Shown: positions 1-9,852 of the stretch, piece after piece
Layout: each line of letters starts with the position of its first letter
Position numbering within the stretch: the stretch's first letter is position 1
IMG/VR virus record: IMGVR_UViG_3300034358_000008
Coordinates: 62,001 to 126,000 of that record
Direction: 5' to 3' (one strand)
DNA length: 64,000 nt
Translations under genes and position numbers: made by a program
The notes under the pieces: generated by a model
Database searches by the model: none
Told to the model about the DNA's origin: nothing
What the model saw: the letters and a program-made list of their open reading frames with translations, nothing else

Positions 1-960
1 ACCATAGATCAAAGGTGTCTTACCTGTAGTACCTTTCTCTACGATCAGTTCTACCGATGCTTGGTTAGGTAGGTCAAAGTAAGCCTCGGACCAGATAGCC
101 CCACCTGTCATGAACGTGTGTGCATACTTACCATCACGGGTAGTAATGTCACCAGCAGTTGTAGTGAAGATGTTACCGAAGAACTGTTTAGCTTTACGGG
201 CGTTATCACGTGCAGCAGATCCAGCAGCTAGTGCTACCGGAAGCGATGTTTCAATACGACTGATGTATGCAAATTCGTCGAACTGCATAATAGGTACGGT
301 CAGACCACGACCGAGTTTATCCGCAGCGATCTTATCGTTACGTGCAACAGACGTCTTGTAACGGTTACCCAAACGTACACAGGTCATCATCTCGGAGTTG
401 TCCGCATCGTTACGGTCAACCATGTCAATGTAATCAGGTAAGAGGTCTCTCATCTCCTTGAGTCGCTCAATGTTGGCGTCCCGGAGTTTGGAGTCTTTAG
501 TGATCAAGTTGATGGTAGTCTTAAAGCCCCAGATAAACATCAGGCCAACCATCAGTACGTCCGTTGATACAGACTTACCTGTCTGACGTGGTTGCAGTAG
601 TCCGAAGTTAATGTGGTTAAAGAAACTCCAGTACAGTGCGATGTTACCACGGTTAGCCAAGAAGATAGAAGGGACCGAACCTACTTGGGGAATACGGGAA
701 ACCTCACGGAAGTAATACCATGGGTTCCATTTACATTCGAAAGCAATCTTAGCTTTCGTAGTGATGTCTAAGCGTTCATCATAAGGATCGACACCTGACA
801 ACTCAGGTTGCATCAAAGCCAAATGAAACTTCCAATTCTTAACTTTGAGTTCGTCACGATACAAGTGTGCAAGTTTTAGGAAGGTTGTATTTTTGGTATT
901 AAAGTCTGCCCGAGCGGTATGGAACCGATCCCAGTCAGAAGCAAAAAGCAGCATATCCAT
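1..960 (-). CDS. Terminase large subunit, N-terminal ATPase part (runs off the window)
   Basis: Manual minus-strand translation from ATG 960: MDMLLFASDWDRF...NPWYYFRE...LLQPRQTGKSVS (Walker A)...LGRGLTVPIMQFDEF (Walker B). Position matches phiKZ gp25. Confidence 0.9.
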   Translation of the reverse strand, partial: MDMLLFASDWDRFHTARADFNTKNTTFLKLAHLYRDELKVKNWKFHLALMQPELSGVDPYDERLDITTKAKIAFECKWNPWYYFREVSRIPQVGSVPSIFLANRGNIALYWSFFNHINFGLLQPRQTGKSVSTDVLMVGLMFIWGFKTTINLITKDSKLRDANIERLKEMRDLLPDYIDMVDRNDADNSEMMTCVRLGNRYKTSVARNDKIAADKLGRGLTVPIMQFDEFAYISRIETSLPVALAAGSAARDNARKAKQFFGNIFTTTAGDITTRDGKYAHTFMTGGAIWSEAYFDLPNQASVELIVEKGTTGKTPLIYG

Positions 961-1005
961 TGAAAATTACCTATGGTTATTGAAGTATAGTCTCATAGTG
1001 TTAGC

Positions 1006-1040
1006 AATAGAAGCCATTATAAGCCTATATTACTTACGTG
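1006..1040 (+). promoter_or_regulatory. Early (virion RNAP) promoter
   Basis: AATAGAA-N13-TATATTAC; TATATTAC is the phiKZ early promoter core; heads an accessory operon. Confidence 0.75.
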
Positions 1041-1070
1041 AATCAATACCTAAAATCGATAGGAAATCGC

Positions 1071-1478
1071 ATGAAAGTTTATCGTTTTGTTAATCCGCAA
1101 GGTAATGGGATTTATCAAGATGACTTCTTTACCCAAATAGGTTTGACCTATATCGGTGAAGACATCCCGTTCTATCAACCTCCTTTATACGAGGACGTTC
1201 GTGGCTTCAAATGGCACGACCTCAACAAATACTGTTGTGCCTTTGAATCACCGTATCAGATTGTGTCCTGGTTCCGGGATATCAATCCACTTGATATTTT
1301 TATCGAGGGTGGTCAGCTATATGAATTTGATGTAGATATCGATACCGTTTTGCGTGGTCGGTGTCAATGCATTTTCATGAAGGCTAACTTCAATGAAAAA
1401 CGATTAGTTTCGGTAGATGAGTTTATTGACTTAATCGACCAAGTCAGTCAGAAAATGGATTCACTCATTAGTTGGTAA
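1071..1478 (+). CDS. Hypothetical protein
   Basis: ORF with AGGA RBS directly after the early promoter. Confidence 0.7.
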   Translation: MKVYRFVNPQGNGIYQDDFFTQIGLTYIGEDIPFYQPPLYEDVRGFKWHDLNKYCCAFESPYQIVSWFRDINPLDIFIEGGQLYEFDVDIDTVLRGRCQCIFMKANFNEKRLVSVDEFIDLIDQVSQKMDSLISW

Positions 1479-1502
1479 CTCAAATTTAGTAGGAGGCCTG
1501 TT

Positions 1503-2108
1503 GTGGCTTTGAGTAATATTGCACCAGCGTTGGAAACAAAAGCTAAATGGGACGAACGTCTTAGCTGTTTGCATTTGGTTGGGCCTGGAGGTCAGCGTCG
1601 GAAACACATCGACGATCATGCGTGGTGTATCTTGACGGAAGAAACCGCTAAACGAATTGGTCGCTACCTGCAACAGTTCAATAGCGTTATTGAAGTATTC
1701 GCAGGAACAGGTTATATTGCTTCTCATCTCCGTGAGCATTCCGGGTTGGGGCGTAAGTATCGGGCGTATGATCCATGTCGCTCTCATTGGAGGCGTACCG
1801 AACGACCTAACTACGGGTTTACACGTAAAGGTTGCTTTAACGTCAACCTGAAGAAAGCTGATTGCATCGTAATGACTTGGCCTAACTACAACGATAATCT
1901 CGGTTACCGAGTAGCTCGTAAAATGGTGTCAGGCCAACGGATGATTTATCAGGGTGAGGGTACTGGCGGGTGCACTGGATGTGACAAGTTCCATGAATAC
2001 CTCGACGCCAACTTCAGTCGAGTCCAGTATTGTGAAGAGTTGTTCGACCGTGACCATGTTAAGTGGCCAGGTATGTGGGACAGTTGGTGGGTCTACATCA
2101 AAAACTAA
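1503..2108 (+). CDS. Class I SAM-dependent methyltransferase-like protein
   Basis: Motif I VIEVFAGTGY, later acidic AYD motif; AGGAGG RBS. Confidence 0.65.
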   Translation: MALSNIAPALETKAKWDERLSCLHLVGPGGQRRKHIDDHAWCILTEETAKRIGRYLQQFNSVIEVFAGTGYIASHLREHSGLGRKYRAYDPCRSHWRRTERPNYGFTRKGCFNVNLKKADCIVMTWPNYNDNLGYRVARKMVSGQRMIYQGEGTGGCTGCDKFHEYLDANFSRVQYCEELFDRDHVKWPGMWDSWWVYIKN

Positions 2109-2237
2109 AAGGTGATTACATGCGCCGTAAACAGAAACTTCCAGCTGGTGATTGTAAGTGGGTAGCCATTATTTTGGCACTCGACTTTATCGTTGCCGCT
2201 ACTGGCGGCGCATTCTTTCTTTTCTAAGGAGTTAAAC

Positions 2238-2957
2238 ATGCAACAGCAACCGCATTACTACAACCGTCAGCACATCCGTAAGATGATCGAGTCGTTGGCT
2301 ACGGTCTACAACATCCCTGCCGAACGTTGGTACCTCACCTTCGGTACTGCAATGGTAGTACATGGTCTGAACACGAGTACTAGTGATGTTGATATCACAC
2401 TCAGTGAAGATGACTGGAAGATCATGGCTAAGTATCACGAAGTGAACACTGACACTTTGGGTCCAATCATCGAGTTGCCGGGTAAAGTTGAAATCCGTCC
2501 GATGGAAACTCTCATGTCTGACCACGTTTGGACTCGTTTGAATCACACCATGGTTCCTACCAAACAAAGCCTACACTCAGCGTATACCTGGCTCATCGAA
2601 AACCCTATCCCTGGCCGGGATAAACTCGATGCTGACCTCAAGAACCTGAACAAGCTTGATGTAGTGCTTGAGTCAGACAAAAATGAAATTGAAAAACAGA
2701 TCACTCAGGTACTCAGTACCGTTATGTCTGATGCTGTTTCAATGGTCATCCAACTTGAGTCATCGAAGTTGTTCGAGTTGATCGGCGATGATGTCCATCG
2801 GACTACTATCAAAGATGACAGTAATGACAAGTGGGGTGTGAAGGTACATCCTAAAGCTAAGTCGGTAGAGTTCTGGGAAATCAATGAAATCGACATGCAT
2901 GGTAATGTCGAAATCCACTCCATCCGTTTTGATAAACAGGTAGGTAAAGTCTCATGA
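2238..2957 (+). CDS. Pol-beta-type nucleotidyltransferase-like protein
   Basis: hG[ST]...DxD motif (LTFGTAMVVHGLNTSTSDVDI); AAGGAG RBS before ATG 2238. Confidence 0.6.
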   Translation: MQQQPHYYNRQHIRKMIESLATVYNIPAERWYLTFGTAMVVHGLNTSTSDVDITLSEDDWKIMAKYHEVNTDTLGPIIELPGKVEIRPMETLMSDHVWTRLNHTMVPTKQSLHSAYTWLIENPIPGRDKLDADLKNLNKLDVVLESDKNEIEKQITQVLSTVMSDAVSMVIQLESSKLFELIGDDVHRTTIKDDSNDKWGVKVHPKAKSVEFWEINEIDMHGNVEIHSIRFDKQVGKVS

Positions 2958-3205
2958 AAGCGTTACTCATCTCTACCCTTATTGCTGGCGCTCCTGTAAA
3001 CGGCGGTTCTACCGTTGATACTGATCAGATGCATATCTGGTTTGAAGGCCCAGCGGCACATGTTGAGTGTGATCGTACCAAAGCTGCACTCACCCTCAAA
3101 GGTGATGGTGGTGGTACCGACTACGGTGACCTGACCGCAAGCAGCGTAAAGGTAGATCGTAATGGTAGCGTAGAGCGCCGCGTTATCTGCATCAAGTTTA
3201 ATTGA
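2954..3205 (+). CDS. Hypothetical protein, possible signal peptide
   Basis: Hydrophobic N-terminus; ATGA overlap with the upstream gene. Confidence 0.6.
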   Translation: MKALLISTLIAGAPVNGGSTVDTDQMHIWFEGPAAHVECDRTKAALTLKGDGGGTDYGDLTASSVKVDRNGSVERRVICIKFN

Positions 3206-3212
3206 GGTAGCA

Positions 3213-3605
3213 ATGAACGAACTACGTTTACGTTTTATCGAAGACACCGCTATACTTAGCCGTAGTCACCCACTCGATTTCAGGGTGAGTACTCAGGTTG
3301 GTCAAGAAGGGCGTTTCCTCGATAAGAAAACTCATCAAATGTGGTTGGGCTATGAGTTGTTTCACAAGGCAGCGATGCATCGGGTGGAAGCTGACGAGAA
3401 AGCCCTACTACATGGTACATACGTCATCGGTGCACATATTGGTCCGGGACCTAAGCTCGGTATGAGTCATAGGCCGTTCGTACATAAGACGAAGCATTCA
3501 GCTTTTGAAGAAGCCGAGCGGTTGACTAATGAACATGGTGGACCATACGCCATTTTCCGCTGTATCAAAGTAACTGAGTCAAGTGGCGTAACTGAAAACG
3601 CTTAA
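3213..3605 (+). CDS. Hypothetical protein
   Basis: GAGGT RBS; operon context. Confidence 0.7.
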   Translation: MNELRLRFIEDTAILSRSHPLDFRVSTQVGQEGRFLDKKTHQMWLGYELFHKAAMHRVEADEKALLHGTYVIGAHIGPGPKLGMSHRPFVHKTKHSAFEEAERLTNEHGGPYAIFRCIKVTESSGVTENA

Positions 3606-3631
3606 TCAACCTTACCTAAAGGAATTTAATC

Positions 3632-4237
3632 ATGGAACTGCAACCGAGTAACGATGTACATGCTGAAGTAGATTTTCTGGAATTCCATAACACCAAGGGT
3701 ACCCTCCCAAAGGGTACGTACAAAGTGGTCGAGGCAGATGGCGATACCAGCTACGCTGTACTCGGTGACTTCCGTGGCGACATCAAGTGGTTTACTGAAG
3801 CTGAATACGAGTCTGCGATTCAAGAGCAGATGTTTAATCAGCGTCAAGATGATGCTCTTGATGACATCATGCGTAGCGGTGATGACTTTGACGATGATGA
3901 TCGGGAAGAGTTGATGGATAGCTGGGATGATGCAATGCATCGTGATCATGATGAACAACGTCGCTTTGATTCAAGAGCGGAAGACAGTAATATTACCGAT
4001 ACTGAATTCAACCAGTATGTTGATGATACGTACAAGTGCAACGAAGCTGCATCCGTAGCTTTCGATGAACGTATGGCTAAGCCTGTAAAGACTCTGGGTG
4101 AACTGTTGCGTGAATCGATGTTGGCCTCTCCATTGGCTACCGAGTCTGGCGGTTATGAGATTGCTACTCATGAAGACCAAGCTGCCTTCGCAGCAAAGCG
4201 TAACGCGTCGCTAAGACTGCGGGGGTTCAATGTTTAA
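3632..4237 (+). CDS. Highly acidic hypothetical protein
   Basis: AAGGA RBS; D/E-rich central region. Confidence 0.7.
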   Translation: MELQPSNDVHAEVDFLEFHNTKGTLPKGTYKVVEADGDTSYAVLGDFRGDIKWFTEAEYESAIQEQMFNQRQDDALDDIMRSGDDFDDDDREELMDSWDDAMHRDHDEQRRFDSRAEDSNITDTEFNQYVDDTYKCNEAASVAFDERMAKPVKTLGELLRESMLASPLATESGGYEIATHEDQAAFAAKRNASLRLRGFNV

Positions 4238-7200
4238 GCTTATCCGTTGGTTTCTCGGTCTGTGTCAACACGATGATGCAATCGTTAAGAAGGAAGATGT
4301 CAATTGGCATTCTAAAACGGACAGCAGCTTCGTAGCGATTGACATGGGTAAGCGAAATATCGTTCACCACACTAACTACCTCATGCAATGTAAGCACTGC
4401 GGTCGACTAAAACAAAAAAGGATCAAGCGTGGTTAGTCAAATTATCCCTTACGTGTTCGCTGGTTGTATGCTGGTGCTGTTTGTGGGTTTCGTAATTACC
4501 TGTTATAAGGCTTGTGAATAATGTCTAAGAATGACAACTTCCGCGTACTGGCTTCTGGCTGGCCATCTGATCCGGTTCGTGAATCGGGTATCTGTATTGG
4601 CTTTTGTCAAACTCCTATCCAGAAAGGATATTGGTTGATTGGCAAAAAAGCACAGCTTCGTCAGGTTCTGGATAAACATAACGTGTTTACTCATGGTGAT
4701 ATTCATCCAGTTCCAACTACGCCGTACGTGGGTGAAGTATGAAGAAAGTAAAAGATCACAAATGGGACATCCGCTGGTATCGAATAGGTATCTTTGTAGC
4801 GGTGTTGTCTGTCGTCCTTAACGTCAATACGTTAGTCTTCAAATCGGCTTATCTCATCCGAGGTGAGTTGGTTGGGGATCAACTCGAACTGGCGTTACTT
4901 TTTGCCACGTTCTTCCACTCCTTGATTGCTGTTGGTCAAGGGTACCTGCTGGTCTACTTCCACAAATGGATTAAAGAATTAAAGGATGGTTAAAATGAAA
5001 TGGCTTAGCCTTCACTGGAAACAGATTCGCTTTGCATGGTTGGCGTACAGGCTTCGTCGTCAGTACCAAGCCAAACTCACTGAGGTGCATCATGCTCGGT
5101 GGGAAAGAAACCGTCGAGGCCTTATGACTCAAGATCGCCGAAAGGTTCATGAGTGGTATGGCCAAGAGTTCGACAAGCTGTATAAAAAATTCTTCAATCA
5201 GGAGTAACAACATGAACTTCAGTTATCGCGTTAAACTGTTGGGTTGCACTATCACTCAACTGATGCAACAGGGTTTCAACGTTAACCTCGATGATTGCAA
5301 GGACGGTGAGTTCTGGGTGGTGGGTTGCTCGAGTCATGAACTGGAACGCAAGGTTAAACGTTTTGGTCACAAGGCTATTACGTCGTACGAGGCTATCCGT
5401 TAATGAGTGGTAATTGGAACGACATTGATTTCACCTTACCTGCTGGTGAAGCTTTCGTCAAAGCTATCCGCGAAAAGATTATGACCTGTCACGAAAATAA
5501 GTTTCAGGTCAATAACATTCACCTCGGTTATAAGGCTAACTACTCAGGTTATTCCCGTGCATCACTGGAAGATGTGGTAGCAGGTAACGGGATTGTAACT
5601 TGGTGTGGTGGCTTTAGTGTCATCTGGCCAAACGTGTTCTGGGATGACCGTACCCTACCCATAAAGAAAATTCCTATCTGGGAACTCGACGCTGAACAAC
5701 GTGCTATGTACGATAGTAAGTTGGCTCAAGCACAACGCTGGATCATTTATCCAACCCATTGGAAGAAGGTTAAGAACTAATGCTTATTCAACGTAATACA
5801 AAGCTGGAACAAATGTTGACTGCCGATTGCAAGAAGGCACTCGAAGAGATCAATCGGGCTATTCGTCTTACGACTCTCTCCGACCTCGAGTTCGATCAAG
5901 ACGATCAGGTAATTGTTAATCTTGAGACTTTACTCGATACAGATGAGGAGCACCTGGTTAAAGAGATGCTCGATCAGGCCGGATGGAAGAACATCCGTGT
6001 CAAAGATCAACGTGTAAGTTTCTACTTCTAAGGAGCGGTAAGTGGCAATGTCTATTCCGGCCTCAACGTACTATCGATTCGTCTATGATAAGACGCTCGG
6101 TACTCGTTGGGGTCAACAGTTCTATGACTTCATGGGACTGCACAAAATTACTAACCCATTTGACAAGGCCTGGTGTGACGGCATGTATCAAGCTGGTGCA
6201 CACGTAGGTCGTCAGATGGTTCTGGCAGCTCTCGATCAAAATAACTAATGGACTCAGGTATGAAGTTATTTCTTGTTAAGCGTGACAACCCAAATTCGGG
6301 TATGGTGACAATGATTCTCATGTGCTCGCCAACCCAACGTAAGTGTGAACAACTCATGCATCAGTTCAATGTCGATCAAGTTATCCGTGATGCCGGCGGG
6401 TGTCCGATTGAGATGGACCCACGTGACAATGACTGGTCATGGCATTACGTGGGTTACGCACTCGAAGCTGATACCGAACCACGTATCATGCACTATCAAT
6501 ATCAACACTAAAGGAATTTGCAATGTCTATTAAAGTAGACTCTTTCAAAGTAAGACGTGATTTTGCCTTGGTTACATTCGATCGTCATGGAAGTTGCTAT
6601 GGTGGGTTAGTTCATATCAAGGCCGCAGAAGAATACAATTTAGAAGCGGCCATGACAATGATAACTCAGTTGTATGGCGACCTCCCATGGTTACCTTTTA
6701 TTAAGGGTGAACGTGTTGAAGAGATCGTTCCTCGGTTGGATGCAATTCTCTCTGGGATTCTGGCTGGTGACGATAACTATCACAAATGGGAAGGTGACAT
6801 GCATGGCATTACACTTTCCTTCTGTTCGGGATATGCGGCTAACAGCCGTAACATGATCGAGCACTATAGTTACATGAACCAACATGAAGACTCTAAACCG
6901 TATTACACGGATGCTATCTAATGGCCGAGCATAATTACATTGTTTTGATCCGACCTAAGTTGGAATGTAACCTGTTACCGCACGTTGCAGTATTCGACGG
7001 GTCGAATGGTGTTAAGTCTATTTCGGTCAAGGTGCATGAATTTGAAGTGGCAATGCGTAACTTCAAGTTGTCGGTGCGCCTCGATACAGCTGTAGCTAAA
7101 AAGGTCTACCCCTACAACAATGCTATCGCTTTGCAGTGGGAAGGAGGTGAGTCGTCTATCTTAGATCAGGTTGACTCATTCACCTTCGAAGAACCTCGTC

Positions 7201-8129
7201 CTCATTCTGTTGAACCGATCGACGAAATCAACGTACGTATCTACATGGTTGATCATACCGTCGATGTTATCTCGGTACATGGTAAGCAGGTTAAGGAATG
7301 GGCTGATATCAATCAACTCAATCAAATCTTCTCGCTTTCCCGACCAACGATGGAACGTGATATTCTAGAACGTACCTTCGCAATTCTTCCACGTATTTCG
7401 AACAAGGTTGATTGATATGTCCATGCAAGACGAAAGCATTATCTCCCACAAACAGGTCCTGGAAACTTTCAAACGTCGCAAGCAAGGCGAATGTCGACGC
7501 TTGTTAGAAACTGCCTTTGAAGAAGGCACTCGCCAGATGATGAAATACGTGAGTGCCTTGGCCTTCAACATCACGGTGAAATTCCCTTATGTACTCCCTG
7601 AGTATGTGAAGGAAGAACTCGTGAAAGATCTGAAGACTGGCGGCTGGGAGAACTACACTTTCGAAGAGTGCGGTAAGATCCTAACTGTTCGTCTGAATTC
7701 GGAGGAGGCAAGTAGTGTCGATCACGGCTGATATGGCAGAACTGATCCCGAAGCTGAGGATCTCTATCGCTAACCTTTCATGGAGTCCAGTGGTAACTGG
7801 CGGTGAACGTAAAGAGTGGCGGATTGGAATGCCTCGTCTTATGGACTGTTCGGAGATGTTCATGATTGTCGCACACCTAGGTCTTGCACCCGGCAGGTTT
7901 GCTTTTAAACCTACTGAAAAAGGTGAGTCTCATAACCTACACATTTACTCGGAACCAGCTAATGGCAAAGAAACTATCCAAGGGGAAGCGTAAGCACCTT
8001 ATTTCCTTGGTAAAGGAAAATATTCGTGCTGAGCGGGTTTTAAGGAATGCCATGATTGATGCTCGCCGCATCGTGCATGAGAACTTCCAGTTACGTCAGA
8101 ATCGCGCTTACATGTCTATCTACTGTTAA
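4230..8129 (+). other. Cluster of tightly packed small early hypothetical ORFs (4230-4436, 4521-4742, 4739-4993, 4986-5207, 5212-5403, 5403-5780, 5780-6031, 6048-6248, 6248-6511, 6523-6921, 6921-7415, 7408-7731, ~7715-7993, 7962-8129)
   Basis: Abutting or overlapping start/stop codons on one strand, ending at a terminator. Confidence 0.65.
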
Positions 8130-8131
8130 AC

Positions 8132-8180
8132 GACATAAAGCCCTCTCCGATCGGAGAGGGCCTATGCCTTATTTTTTTTT
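8132..8180. terminator. Bidirectional intrinsic terminator
   Basis: GCCCTCTCC-GATC-GGAGAGGGC hairpin plus T-run between convergent genes. Confidence 0.85.
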
Positions 8181-8186
8181 GCGTTC

Positions 8187-9848
8187 TTACGGATTAGAAC
8201 GACGGAAGATTGGTACTCCCGTGTAAGCCAGTTGCAGATCGGTATCGAACATTTCACGGACCCACTGGATACCCAGCAGTTCACCGTTGCCCAGATCGTT
8301 GTTCACACGTAGGATGTCACTCCACTGATTCACACTGAACTTGTATTGGTTATGCAAGAACTGGAGAATGAAGTGAGTAGGTTCTGGTGGGAACTCTTCC
8401 ACAGCTGTGTTTACCAAAGGCTCTGCATTGAAGTACATGCGTTGCAGCCACTGAGTCTTAGACTGTGCACCGTTAGCCAAACGAAGATCCCACATGTTGG
8501 TAGCTACGTAATCGACATCTGCTTTGAGATCTCGACCATAGGCAGCATCAACGTTAGGGCGTGGGTAGACTTCCCAGTTAGCAGTACCTTCACCGGAGTT
8601 AAGCAATGCAATCTGGAACTCACTCACATACCGGAATGGTGCAAAGCGACCATCTACCTTATTCAGGTTGACAGCGTAGGTCAGAGTTTGCATCTCACCG
8701 TAAGCACGTGGACGATATGGAGCCGAGTTAACACCCAGTTCAACGTAAGGTGTAACGTTGTAGAATCGTTGACGATCCAAGTTGTACAGCCAGAACTCCA
8801 GACGATAGCCAATGGCAGCGTTGACCCAAGTAGGGTATACAAACAGACGGCAACTATAAGCATTGTCTGCTGGTACGGTTCGAGCAATGTAGTTCTCAGT
8901 GATAGCACGATCAACAGTAGGTACGTTCTGGTAACTGATCTCGTCAGCCGCCAGTTGGTAGCGAAGAGTAATAGGGAACTCTTGCCCTTCTGCTGTAGCC
9001 ACGTAGTTTTCCAGACCCAAGATACTCATTGGTGGAATACCTACATCCAGACGAAGTTGCTTACCACCACGATACTTCACAAGACCCTGCATAGGCAGCG
9101 ATTTCACCATCACGTTCAATGGGAATTCAATTACCTTAGGATCAGAAGTCGAGAGGAATGGCGTATCAATCTGGATACCTTCAACGTAACGTTTCGATTG
9201 GTCAGTCTGACGCAGTACCTGAGTATTCATGACCAGCAATTGAGCGTAGCTAATCACACCTTCTTTGCTATCGTAAGCTACCAACGTTACCCGCTCGCCG
9301 TCTTCCAGTTCTGCAACCGAGAAGCCAACCATTGGGATTTTGATAGTCGATACGGTCTGCCCAGTAATAACAGCAGACTCAACTGGAATGTATGGTCCAG
9401 CAAACGCCCCAGAAGGGTCGTAGAAGGCCGAGATCATCTCACCAGTCTCACGGTCAATGTCACTACCACGAAACACTGCATACGACGCTACCATAGATCC
9501 GTAGAAATGCAGTCGGGCATCAGGAGCCAGTACGTGTGGAGTAACCGAGTTGTCGATAAAGCAACGATACGACTCGGAGCTATAGCCGGGGCCAACTCCA
9601 ACCAGTACGTTCTCTTCGCCATCTGGATCGGTATGTTTCTTAGGTTCCCAATCCTCAAAGGTCGGAACCCATGTACCGAACTCTACATCACTTACACGTT
9701 GGAAACCTTTCTCATAGTCGATAACCAAGTCATTGACGTTGGCGATCCACTTATCAGTTTGTCCTGCGTTTACCAGGATGTCCGCCTTGTTCCAAACCCG
9801 GAAACCTCGATCCGGGTTATAGAAGTTGGAGTTATTAAAATCAGCCAT
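8187..9848 (-). CDS. Virion structural protein (phiKZ gp26-like)
   Basis: 553 aa; synteny between terminase and sheath. Confidence 0.7.
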   Translation of the reverse strand: MADFNNSNFYNPDRGFRVWNKADILVNAGQTDKWIANVNDLVIDYEKGFQRVSDVEFGTWVPTFEDWEPKKHTDPDGEENVLVGVGPGYSSESYRCFIDNSVTPHVLAPDARLHFYGSMVASYAVFRGSDIDRETGEMISAFYDPSGAFAGPYIPVESAVITGQTVSTIKIPMVGFSVAELEDGERVTLVAYDSKEGVISYAQLLVMNTQVLRQTDQSKRYVEGIQIDTPFLSTSDPKVIEFPLNVMVKSLPMQGLVKYRGGKQLRLDVGIPPMSILGLENYVATAEGQEFPITLRYQLAADEISYQNVPTVDRAITENYIARTVPADNAYSCRLFVYPTWVNAAIGYRLEFWLYNLDRQRFYNVTPYVELGVNSAPYRPRAYGEMQTLTYAVNLNKVDGRFAPFRYVSEFQIALLNSGEGTANWEVYPRPNVDAAYGRDLKADVDYVATNMWDLRLANGAQSKTQWLQRMYFNAEPLVNTAVEEFPPEPTHFILQFLHNQYKFSVNQWSDILRVNNDLGNGELLGIQWVREMFDTDLQLAYTGVPIFRRSNP

Positions 9849-9852
9849 TGAG

